Shown in pieces: positions 26,330 to 35,008 of a stretch of DNA of 35,008 nucleotides. Origin of the DNA: Candidatus Micrarchaeia archaeon (GTDB lineage Archaea > Micrarchaeota > Micrarchaeia > CAILAH01); assembly GCA_038740245.1 (NCBI GenBank), contig JAVYLZ010000005.1, positions 1 to 35,008 on the forward strand, in the 5' to 3' direction. The first letter of the stretch is position 1; every line of letters begins with the position of its first letter. The translations under genes and the position numbers were made by a program. The notes below the pieces were generated by a model. It was given only the letters and a program-made list of their open reading frames with translations. It was not told where the DNA came from and ran no database searches.

Positions 26330-26935
26330 ATGAGAAAGATTGTTTATCCGGGCAGTAAGCTCGCAGACAAAAAGCTCTCCGGCAGGGGGATTTATTATGA
26401 GAACGGCGCAAGCTACGCCGCGCTTATAGGGTTTTTTGATGATGAGACCGGCACGCTGATACCGCTTGAGGGCGCGTATGAGCCCGAAGTGGGCGACCTC
26501 CTCGTGGGGTTCGTGTCAGACATAAAGCCTAACGGCTACCGCATATATACGGGCCTTCCCAACAACACGTTTATGTCCTCCAAGGACTTCAGGGACCCCT
26601 TGGATGTGGGGGACATTATAATCGCGAAGGTGCGGGACGTTGACGAGCTTAAGGACATTTCACTGATTGACCCCGTGCTGCTCAGGGGCGGAAATGTGAT
26701 ACGCATTTCACCGGTGAAAGTGCCTCGCGTAATCGGGAAAAAGGGCTCAATGCTCTCACAGATAAAGGAGGCGACGGGCTCCAACATAGTTGTTGGCAAA
26801 AACGGTTTGATATGGATAAGCGGCGGCAATGAGTATCTTGCCACGCGTGCAATACTTAAGATTGAGGCAGAGGCCCACACAAGCGGCCTCACCGAAAGGA
26901 TTGCTGAATTCTTGAAAAAAGGTGGTATGCAATGA
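26330..26935 (+). CDS. rrp4: Exosome RNA-binding subunit Rrp4
   Basis: IPLEGAYEPEVGD (S1), KVPRVIGKKGSM (KH) and AHTSGLT motifs. Confidence 0.96.
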   Translation: MRKIVYPGSKLADKKLSGRGIYYENGASYAALIGFFDDETGTLIPLEGAYEPEVGDLLVGFVSDIKPNGYRIYTGLPNNTFMSSKDFRDPLDVGDIIIAKVRDVDELKDISLIDPVLLRGGNVIRISPVKVPRVIGKKGSMLSQIKEATGSNIVVGKNGLIWISGGNEYLATRAILKIEAEAHTSGLTERIAEFLKKGGMQ

Positions 26936-27666
26936 GTAACCAGGTAAGCGATGTGAAGCTTATAATCAACGGCCGCAGGGTTGATGGCCGTACGCTTGAT
27001 GAGATGCGGCCGCTCTCAATTAAGGCAGGGCTGTTGCACAAGGCAAACGGCTCGGCATACGTTGAATGGGGCGACAACAAGGTGGTTGCCGCAGTTTACG
27101 GCCCCCGCGAGTGCCTGCCCAGGCATGATGCTGATCCGTACAAGGCAAAGTTGAGTGTGAGGTATGTAATGTCGCCGTTCGCATCAAAGGACGAGCACGG
27201 CAGGTCAGGCCCAAATAGGCGCTCAATTGAGCTCTCAATGGTGCTGCGCGAGGCGCTCAGCAATGTTGTGATGCTTGAGCTGTACCCTAACGCGATGATT
27301 GACGTGTTCATAGAAGTCCTGCAGGCATCCGGGGGCACACGGTGCGCCGCGCTTGTGGCCGCCTCAGTTGCACTGGCAAATGCAGGCATCCCTATGAAGG
27401 ACCTGCCCGTGGCAGTTGCGGCGGGCAAGATTGACGGGGAGATATGCCTTGACTGCGGCAAGGAGGAGGACAATTTCGGGCAGTCGGACATACCAGTTGC
27501 AATAGCACCGCGCAACGGTGACATTCTGCTTCTCCAGATGGACGGCCTGCTGACCAAGGAAGAGTTCAATAAGGCGCTGGATTACGTTGAGAGGGCGGCG
27601 CCGCGCATACGTGAGGTGCAGGTGAAGGCGCTTGAAGAGTGCTATAAGGGAGTTGAGCAGGAGTAA
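26932..27666 (+). CDS. rrp41: Exosome core subunit Rrp41
   Basis: RVDGR..DEMRP, GSAYVEWG, YGPRE, GGTRCA and EEDNFG motifs. Confidence 0.97.
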   Translation: MSNQVSDVKLIINGRRVDGRTLDEMRPLSIKAGLLHKANGSAYVEWGDNKVVAAVYGPRECLPRHDADPYKAKLSVRYVMSPFASKDEHGRSGPNRRSIELSMVLREALSNVVMLELYPNAMIDVFIEVLQASGGTRCAALVAASVALANAGIPMKDLPVAVAAGKIDGEICLDCGKEEDNFGQSDIPVAIAPRNGDILLLQMDGLLTKEEFNKALDYVERAAPRIREVQVKALEECYKGVEQE

Positions 27667-27677
27667 AGGTGGTTTTG

Positions 27678-28448
27678 ATGGAAGTTATGGATGAGATTAA
27701 GCGGTCGTACATAAAAGTCCTTTTGGACAAAGGCGAGCGCGCCGATAAGCGCGGCCCGTTTGAATACAGGCAGCTCCGTGTCCGCAAGTCGGTTATAGAT
27801 TCTGCCGAGGGGTCTGCGTGGGTGCAGCTTGGCGAGACGCAGGTGCTTGCTGCGGTAAAGTTCCAGATTGAGAAGCCGTTCCCCGACAGGCCGAAAGAGG
27901 GCGTGCTTTCAACGAATGCCGAGCTTTTGCCGATGGCAAACCCGCGGTTTGAGCCCGGTCCTCCCGATGAGAAGGGCATTGAATTGGCAAGGATAGTTGA
28001 CCGTGCAATCAGGAGCGCCGAGATACTTGACCTTAAGTCGCTGTACCTTGATGAGGACAAGGTATATGGCGTCTACATAGACCTTTATGTCCTTGACTAT
28101 GACGGCAACTACATAGATGCCGCCTCACTTGCGGCTATGGCCGCACTGCGCGATGCCAAGCTCCCGGAGTACAAGGACGGCGTGCTTGTCCGCGACAAGC
28201 CGGGCACACCGCTCAAGCTTTCAGGAAACGTGATTGAATGCACGTTCATCAAGATAGGCGACAAGCTGCTGCTTGACCCGTCACTTGATGAGGAGCGCGC
28301 GATGGACATGCGGCTTACAATAGGCGTCTGCGGCAACAAGATATGTGCGATGCAGAAAAACGGGCCCGGTGCAATCAAGCGCCCCGAGCTTGAGCAGATG
28401 ATTGATGTTGCATTCGCAAAGGCGAAGGAGCTTGAGGCAAACCTTTAA
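27678..28448 (+). CDS. rrp42: Exosome core subunit Rrp42
   Basis: AEGSA.V.LGET, PFPDRP.EG, FEPGPPDE, ELARIVDRAIR and DYDGN motifs. Confidence 0.97.
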   Translation: MEVMDEIKRSYIKVLLDKGERADKRGPFEYRQLRVRKSVIDSAEGSAWVQLGETQVLAAVKFQIEKPFPDRPKEGVLSTNAELLPMANPRFEPGPPDEKGIELARIVDRAIRSAEILDLKSLYLDEDKVYGVYIDLYVLDYDGNYIDAASLAAMAALRDAKLPEYKDGVLVRDKPGTPLKLSGNVIECTFIKIGDKLLLDPSLDEERAMDMRLTIGVCGNKICAMQKNGPGAIKRPELEQMIDVAFAKAKELEANL

Positions 28449-28492
28449 TAGTATTATCCTTTTAATAATCCCCAAACCAATCGGTGTTTAAG

Positions 28493-28822
28493 ATGGCAAA
28501 GTTTCATGTTCGTGGCGGAGCAAAGTGGAGAAAGGCCCACACAAAGATTTACTCTGCAAAGAGGGCAAAGTACGTGTGCCCCGCCTGCCTGAAGCAGTCG
28601 GTGAAGCGCATAAGCGCAGGCATGTGGGAGTGCGGCTCCTGCAGCTCGCAGTTTGCAGGCGGTGCGTACGAGCTTTCAACGCCGGTCGGCAGGCTCACAC
28701 AGCGGCTTATCTCAGACCTTGCGAAGAAGGGCAAGGTTTCCGAGGAGGAGCTCAAGGAGCTTGAGCACGCGCTTGAAGGCAGTGGCAACGTGCCCGCAGA
28801 GGGCGAAGAAAAGGAGGAATAG
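28493..28822 (+). CDS. rpl37ae: 50S ribosomal protein eL43 (L37Ae) with acidic C-terminal extension
   Basis: KYVCPAC..VKRISAGMWECGSC..FAGGAY zinc ribbon; conserved operon position. Confidence 0.95.
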   Translation: MAKFHVRGGAKWRKAHTKIYSAKRAKYVCPACLKQSVKRISAGMWECGSCSSQFAGGAYELSTPVGRLTQRLISDLAKKGKVSEEELKELEHALEGSGNVPAEGEEKEE

Positions 28823-28830
28823 GTGGCGCT

Positions 28831-28962
28831 ATGTACAAGTGTGTCAACTGCAGCAATTCAATAGAGAAGATGGACCCGAACTATGTGCGCTGCCCGTTTT
28901 GTGCCTCACGCATCGTATTTAAGGCCAGGCCGCCAGTCGCAAAAAAGGTCTCAACTGATTAG
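28831..28962 (+). CDS. rpoP: DNA-directed RNA polymerase subunit Rpo12 (P)
   Basis: Not in the ORF track: MYKCVNCSNSIEKMDPNYVRCPFCASRIVFKARPPVAKKVSTD; GGTGG RBS; canonical position after eL43. Confidence 0.95.
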   Translation: MYKCVNCSNSIEKMDPNYVRCPFCASRIVFKARPPVAKKVSTD

Positions 28963-28963
28963 C

Positions 28964-29434
28964 ATGCCGTATATTACTACAAGCAGGAAGGCATCACAGG
29001 TGACGCGCAGGCTTGCGCGGTCCCTGTCGCATTTTTTCCCTGAATCGTATTACGAAAACCGCGGCAAGCGGGATATGGACTCGGTTTTGGCGCGTGCGCG
29101 CCAGCTTGGCTTTGCGCGCGTTGTTTTTGTGTATGAATCGCACGGCAATCCGAGCGAGATTGATTTCATAGACGTTGGCAAAGATTCATGGTCGCGTGCC
29201 GGCAAAATCTCATTTACGGTGGTTGCTGTCGGCAAGGTGCCCAAGGGCCCCTATGCGCTTGAATGTGATGGCTCTGCATGTAATGTTGCAGCCCTATTCC
29301 GCGATCCCGGCATGGGGCCCGATGACGAGGGGCATGAAGGGGATACCGTGGCCAACTTGTCATTGAGGAATAACTACCTAACATTCAGCATTGGCGGTAA
29401 AGAAACAATAAAATTAAAGATGGCCGAAGATTAA
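28964..29434 (+). CDS. Brix/Imp4-domain ribosome biogenesis protein
   Basis: ITTSRKASQVTRRLARSL...NRGK...E.HGNPS; canonical position after rpoP. Confidence 0.9.
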   Translation: MPYITTSRKASQVTRRLARSLSHFFPESYYENRGKRDMDSVLARARQLGFARVVFVYESHGNPSEIDFIDVGKDSWSRAGKISFTVVAVGKVPKGPYALECDGSACNVAALFRDPGMGPDDEGHEGDTVANLSLRNNYLTFSIGGKETIKLKMAED

Positions 29435-29436
29435 GC

Positions 29437-29550
29437 TTAGATTTCGCCTACCCTTCTCTTGAGCTTCCTCTTCATGCGCTTCCTTCTTTTCTTGAGCCAT
29501 TTCCAGCGCATGCGGCCCTTCTTCTTCCATTTTCTTGCAATCGCTCCCAA
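29437..29550 (-). CDS. rpl41e: Ribosomal protein eL41 (eS32), long archaeal form
   Basis: Not in the ORF track: TTG start after GGGTG gives MGAIARKWKKKGRMRWKWLKKRRKRMKRKLKRRVGEI. The internal ATG at 29511 gives the minimal MRWKW form. Confidence 0.88.
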   Translation of the reverse strand: MGAIARKWKKKGRMRWKWLKKRRKRMKRKLKRRVGEI

Positions 29551-29610
29551 TATTACACCCTTAACAAGCGTTAGTGCTCTCATTAAAAAAGTGAATATTT
29601 AAAAAGGTGC

Positions 29611-30192
29611 TCAGAATTTCACCGTGACTGCCTTGGATTCCTCTTCGCCCGCCTTGAAGAATTCTGCTGCCCTGAACCCCAGCAGACCTGCGAAAATGTT
29701 GTTCGGGAACACCTGCAATGATGTGTTGTAGTCATAAACCGAATCATTGTAGAACTGGCGTGCATAGGCAATCTTGCCCTCAATCTCCGAGAGCTCGGAC
29801 TGCAGGTGCAGGAAGTTCTCGTTTGCGCGCAGCTTCGGGTAATTTTCGGCGACCGCGAACAGGCTCTTGAGTGCGGCGGACAGCATATTGTTCGCATCTG
29901 CACTTTCCTGCGGGGTCCTGGCGGACATCACTGCCGCCCGCGCCTTTGTAACCTCCTCAAACACGCTTTTCTCGTGCTTCGCATATCCCTTAACAGTTTC
30001 AACAAGGTTTGGCACGAGGTCATACCTCTTCTTGAGCTGGACATCAATCTGTGCCCACGCATTCTGCACCCTGTTCCTCTTCGTAACAAGGGAATTGTAA
30101 ATAAGCGCAATCCCAATGAGGGCAACTATTATTGCCCCTCCAAGCACACATACACCAAGCGTGCTGATTCCAAGCAGCAAATCTAAGGCCAT
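29611..30192 (-). CDS. lemA: LemA family protein
   Basis: [51 protein letters not shown] and FP.N..A motifs. Confidence 0.96.
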   Translation of the reverse strand: MALDLLLGISTLGVCVLGGAIIVALIGIALIYNSLVTKRNRVQNAWAQIDVQLKKRYDLVPNLVETVKGYAKHEKSVFEEVTKARAAVMSARTPQESADANNMLSAALKSLFAVAENYPKLRANENFLHLQSELSEIEGKIAYARQFYNDSVYDYNTSLQVFPNNIFAGLLGFRAAEFFKAGEEESKAVTVKF

Positions 30193-30252
30193 AAGTACAC
30201 CTGCTTAAACATCTCTCCACAACTTTTTAAGTGTTAGGGGAGAATTACCGGT

Positions 30253-30507
30253 ATGCTCACTGAGGCCGAGCTGCACAAGATTATCGGGGAGTATGCAGCG
30301 CAGTATGGCGGCGAGGTGGACGTGCATCTTGAGCATTTTGACAAGGAAAAGTTCACTGTGCGGTTCAGCGGGCGCATATGCCGCTCGTGCGGCCTTGAAA
30401 CTTATTTTGACGGCCTGCAGTACATGCTGCGCCTCAGCGGCATACACGCACGGGTCGGCCCGCACAAGGAAGACAACGGGGACATCCTTGTTACGTATTA
30501 CTTGTAG
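30253..30507 (+). CDS. Small NifU-C-like CxxC protein
   Basis: GGEVDV...TVRFSGRICRSCG pattern resembles the NifU C-terminal domain. Confidence 0.6.
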   Translation: MLTEAELHKIIGEYAAQYGGEVDVHLEHFDKEKFTVRFSGRICRSCGLETYFDGLQYMLRLSGIHARVGPHKEDNGDILVTYYL

Positions 30508-30557
30508 ACCTGCCGTCCAATGTCTGTGTTTATATAGTTTGATTGCAAATCTTATGC

Positions 30558-30800
30558 ATGGATCCAACTTTTGTTGAGCTGCACAAATCGGTCATGCAGC
30601 GCGTTGAGGCAACCCTGCAGAGCATAGAGATGAATATGCGGATGGGCAATTTAAATAAGGAGCCTGCCGCAAAGGAGAGGTACGCCAAGATGAGGAGTGC
30701 GCTCAAGTTTTGGATGGATGCGTATGGCAAGCCTGCAACAGAAGAGGAGGTTGCTGAAGGCATAGTCCTGCTCAACAATGTCCTTAGCGAATTAAAGTGA
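30558..30800 (+). CDS. Hypothetical helical protein
   Basis: 80-aa ORF with TTTATATA about 25 nt upstream of ATG 30558; first gene of the unit that contains the giant ORF. Confidence 0.65.
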   Translation: MDPTFVELHKSVMQRVEATLQSIEMNMRMGNLNKEPAAKERYAKMRSALKFWMDAYGKPATEEEVAEGIVLLNNVLSELK

Positions 30801-30806
30801 TTGTAT

Positions 30807-33800
30807 ATGCCGCAGGTAGGGCTTCTCCAAGACGTGCAAAATCAGGCAAGAGAAAACTTGAAAAAGAATGAGCGAAACCTGCAAGAAACAGTTGATAACG
30901 CACTGGTGCAGGCAGTATATACGATGTACCACAAGGCAAACGACCCCACGCTGCAGAAGTTTGGAGATGCCATTAAAAAAGAGTACATGAACGGGAATAC
31001 CGACGCCGCCCAAAAGCTGCTTGCGATATCCCAATTATATACCAAGGCAAAAATGCTTGGCACGGAGAAATGCAATGAATTTGCGAAAAAGTTGATGATT
31101 TTGTAAATAAGGGCAGTATTCAGCTTGATGCGCTTGCCAAGGAAGCTGCTTTATTTATACCGCAGCTGCAGCAAGAGGAGTTCACCGTCTATCTTGAAGG
31201 GCTTGAATCGTCCCTATCAAAGTATGGGTCAAGGACACGTGAATTCCTTTCAAATGTGCTTGGTAACATACGGAGGCTTAACGAGACGGGTATGCGTGAG
31301 GGCAACAGCGAATATCTTGAGCGCTCGTACACGGCGCTGCGCCTCGTTGCAATATACACTGAGAACGTGCTCGGCAACAATATAGAGAAAGGCGCAGGCA
31401 GGGAGGAAATGGAGGCTGCCATAGCCGGCTATATCCAAGGCCGGGAGGGAAGCCTTGAAGTTTTTGGGAAGGCGTACAAGGACAACCTTTCATATCTTAT
31501 GGAAAAACAGAAGAAGGCCTCGCAGGAGGCGATATCCAGTTTGCTTAATCTAGAAAGCAGGAAAATGCGTCTTGATAATATGATAGGCGCGGTTGATGAT
31601 GACATCAAGAAGCTTGAGATGATGACGGACCTCCCAGGCCACGACCAAATGCTTCAGAGGGCCGTATCATTAAAAGAGAAGCTTGTCAAGCTTCGGGAGT
31701 CATTTGAGAATACGCTTGTTCCGGACAAGCTCACTTACGTGCCGGAAAAGATACTGAAACTTCACAAAGAATTCTTACGTGTAGGCAAGGAGTTTTCAAA
31801 GCTGAAGTCTGATTCAGCAGCATACCTTTTTGTTGGGTACCAGCTGCTTAAGGAAAAGGATTACCAGTTGTTCCAGAAGATTAATGACCCACAGGTTGCA
31901 GGCATTGTAAAGGGCTATTCCAAGGACGCTGTTGAAGGCCTTGAAAGCTCGCTTGCCTATATTGCAAAAGGCGACATCGAGTCAGCAAGGGCTGCGTTTG
32001 CAAGGGCCATAGACCGCAAGATGCGCCTGGCTGCAATAGCAAACATCTCACGGGAAAAGAGTGGGATTGAAGAGGCGCTGAGCGGTGTGGACAAGTCCAA
32101 TGAGTTTGATTTTTACAAAAAGGGATGCCTTGCAGTTTTTGATGCTTATTCAACTGGTCGCATTGGTGTGTCTGCTGAGGCTGCAAAGCTCAGCAGCAAC
32201 CTTATTGCCTTTGAGGATGCCATTAGAATGTCCACGGAAAGGCTTTTTGTTACAGGGGAAGCTGAGCTTGTGAAAAGCATAATATCGGACTCCAAGGAAA
32301 TAATCCAGAGGCGCACTGTAAGCATAATCAGCGGCAAGCCCATTGGCAATGATGTTACGGCATATCTTGGGGGCCTGGAACGGGATGTTGGTGCATCATG
32401 GAAGGCGCTTGAGGAAAAGATGGAATGCGGCGAGAGGCGCGCAAGATGGGTGATGATAGGCGCCTCTTTGCTTTCGCCGGAAGTATTCATAGTAGATGCA
32501 ATAAACAACATTGCCACGCAGGCATCAATCAATAAAGGAGAGGTTACTTGGGATAGCTGGGTGATGCTCGGCCTTGCGGTGATGTCGCACGGGTTGGCGG
32601 GGCAGGCTATGAGTGCTATTGCAAGCACGGGCAGGGCCGGCGAGGTTGCGGTTGGGGTTGTGCGGCTTGCACAAGCTGGCGCAGGCGTGGGGATGCTTGG
32701 GCTTGGCGTTGTCGGCGCGTGTGAGATGTTTGCGCAGGGCAAGAATGAGGAAGCACTTGAAATGGTTGCGCAGATGGCGCTGCCCATTTTTCACTATCCG
32801 GTGAAGAAGTTTGTTGTTGCTAAAGGCAGGCAGTATTATGAGATGCTACGCAACACCGATTACAGGAAGTTGTTTGTTACGCTCGTTTCCGAAAAGAGAG
32901 GCTCGGTGCCCGCATCTGCCTTTGAAAGCCAAAGGACCGTTCTTCTTGCCGAAAAGCCCGTGAAGGTTCCCAAAGCCACAGGGAAAAAGGCCCAAGTGGC
33001 AGCGCCTGCGGAGAAAGTCACTAAATCTCCAGATTTTATAACTCCAACTGAAAAATTCCTGAAACTTGACAAAGAAACATTAGAGAACTTTAGGAGGGAG
33101 ATACCTACAGGCCAAATGAAAGTATTCTCCAATACTCTCATTACTCTGATGAAGGAGGGATATTATGCGGTTGTGCTTTCCAGCGACAAAAGTGGCCTCA
33201 GCAAGCTTAACAGCCTAAGCCGAAGGCTTGGCGATGCAAGCATGGACGTGTACGTAAATTCCCTTAGGAGGCTGGGGGCGTTGATTAGAGAGAGATATGG
33301 CGAGGACGTTATCATAGTTGTCCAGAGAACGAGCGAGAGCAGTGATGAGGTCTATTTTTCACTGCTTTGCAAGGACAAGGGAAAGCTTGCTAGTATTATG
33401 AATGAACTGTGGAAGATACATGATGAGATAGTTACTTCTGCTTCTGCAAAAGAGAACCTGTATGGGCTCGCAATTGATGGCATCCCTATTGAGAAGTATC
33501 TGGATATTATAGGGTTGAGGAACCCGAAGCAATTCTATAACCTTACAATAGGTGGCTCCAAGATCCATTCATTGAGACTTGAAAATGGGAATTGGATTCT
33601 TGTAAATGAAGAGAGTGGAAAGTTAAAGAGAAAGGTAGTCTCTGGAGTGGATGGTTCCGAAGCTTTCGGTGAGATGGTATTGAATGCCGAAAATGAAGGC
33701 GTAAAAATAGGGTATAAGAGGAGAATGTTCCACATATTACCAAAGAAAGTCACGTTGGAATCGCTTATGAAAATGTTTGGCATAAAAGGGCGCAGCGGCA

Positions 33801-34615
33801 TTCTTTTTAAGACAGGGAAGGTAGAAGAGGGTGTGACCCCGCAGGCGGCATTTGAAGTAAAGGTTTCGCTTGATATGCAAAAAGGGCAGCAAGATGAGAT
33901 GTTGCGGTATGTTTTTGGGGAAAAAGTGGGCGATGAATATTATGGCACACGCAAAGGGCTGGTTGAAGTTTTAAAAAACCTGTTTGGCATGCGTGGCCTA
34001 AACACATTTTTCGGGCATGCCGGCCTTGATGCAGTTGCAACTGCCGTTGATGAAGGTGTTGCTGCCTTTATGGCGGCCAATACAGGAGTCGAAATAATGC
34101 ATACTGGGCCGCTGAAATACGTGGTTGTAAAGGGATGGACACCGGCTGTTGAAGCGGAGCTTACAAACTACATAACAAAATCCCTGCAGGGCAAGAAAAT
34201 GAAAATGAAAGCCAATATAAACTCAGCGACAGTCAATTCATTGGATGGCGCTTTTGAGGTTCTTTTATCCAAATCGCTTGGGCGTGAGCTTTCCACACAA
34301 GACGCAACAAAAATGGTTAAATCCTCAAATTTCATAATTGCGGCCTTTTCAGAGCTTCAGCCACAAAAGATCGATGCGGTTTTTGAGAGCATGCCTCCAA
34401 ACATAAAATCGGTATTGAAGGAGATATTTTCATCGGATGATAACTGCAGAATTATACGTAATGTTGAAGACCTTTTTGCGTACATTGATATGGTGGCTGC
34501 AAACAAAAAGACCACGCCTGAGACGCGTGCAAGGTATTTGCAATTTAAGGCGGGTTATTTGGATTTTGCATTTAAGATGAATCTGGAGAAGTATCAAGCA
34601 AAGCTTACCGAATAA
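30807..34615 (+). CDS. Giant orphan protein (~1270 aa if joined by a -1 frameshift at 31086-31091): helical N-terminus, Gly/Ala-rich hydrophobic segment and two degenerate GGDEF/Palm-like domains
   Basis: ORF 30807-31106 overlaps the long frame, which is open from about 31079 to 34615. Joining at GCG AAA AAG gives the continuous read EFAKKVDDFVNKG. GGDEF-like motifs: SSDKSGLSKLNS..LGD...SSDEV and GLNTFFGHAGLD. Confidence 0.7.
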
Positions 34616-34628
34616 TATGGCCCCGCCG

Positions 34629-35006
34629 TTAGTAAAGGATAAGCATTTTGGTAAGGTCTTCAAGCACTTTTCTGCAGTCCAAACCGTGTGACTCGCAGTA
34701 TCCCTTCGCTATTGCTGTTGCCCTATCAACAAGCATCTTTTTGTCATGCTCATCTAGCGACCTTAAAATCTCCTCATAATCTTTTTTGCTGAACTTCTCC
34801 TTTATTTCTTGGAACTGGGGGTCAATGCACGAGTTAAGCTCATAAATGAATTCCTGCGGCCCCATGGACTTGACCTCGCCACGATCCTCTACCATCGCTT
34901 CAATATTGCTGAACATAAGCTGCATAAGCAGGCAGACGGCCTTTGACTTTTCGCGCTCAGCAATCGCATACCCTTCATTAAGCAGTACCTTTTTCACGCC
35001 CGCAGG
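34629..35006 (-). CDS. Hypothetical protein, probably truncated by the window edge
   Basis: Frame stays open to the window end upstream of GTG 34997; convergent with the giant ORF. Confidence 0.65.
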   Translation of the reverse strand, partial: PAGVKKVLLNEGYAIAEREKSKAVCLLMQLMFSNIEAMVEDRGEVKSMGPQEFIYELNSCIDPQFQEIKEKFSKKDYEEILRSLDEHDKKMLVDRATAIAKGYCESHGLDCRKVLEDLTKMLILY

Positions 35007-35008
35007 GC

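Noticed and set aside
30798..30806. In-frame TGA between ORFs 30558-30800 and 30801-31106 as readthrough or selenocysteine
   Set aside because: The TGA is part of a GTGAT ribosome-binding site for ATG 30807, the same coupling seen elsewhere in the window, and TGA ends several conserved genes here.
31256..34615. Giant ORF as Cas10
   Set aside because: No HD domain, zinc finger, GGDD motif, other cas genes or array.
345..34663. Numerous antisense and alternate-frame ORFs in the track (e.g. 7071-7733, 19647-20402, 24066-24740, 25467-26411, 32146-32787)
   Set aside because: Shadows of well-supported genes on the opposite strand or frame, with no motifs of their own.

Overview
Archaeal genomic DNA, inferred to be from a DPANN lineage such as Micrarchaeota. 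That inference rests on the archaeal informational genes, GGTG(A/G) ribosome-binding sites, TATA boxes, EYLMTYGWAIL-type pilins and tRNAs with non-canonical introns. Most of the window is housekeeping: type-2 IPP isomerase, IleRS, a dys-pdaD-speB agmatine/hypusine cluster, rps10-tuf, AK6, AlaX, dCTP deaminase, SSB, enolase, a ubiquitin-like protein with tRNA thiolase, the proteasome/exosome superoperon (psmA, SBDS, rrp4/41/42, eL43, rpoP, Brix), eL41 and LemA. The most unusual elements are missed by the ORF track. (1) Two minus-strand tRNA genes are each split at positions 37/38 and 59/60. tRNA-Gly(CCC) spans 366 nt, with 94-nt and 198-nt introns built from repeated hairpin modules. tRNA-Asn(GUU) has an apparently tandem two-step anticodon intron and an exact downstream copy of its last exon. 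(2) A ~1270-aa orphan gene is interrupted by a -1 frameshift at G_AAA_AAG and carries a Gly/Ala-rich hydrophobic segment and two degenerate GGDEF/Palm-like domains. (3) Two secreted proteins, one a LecA-like lectin, share a Cys-TM-basic C-terminal anchor and lie near a PrsW-family protease. No CRISPR array, integrase or transposase was seen.
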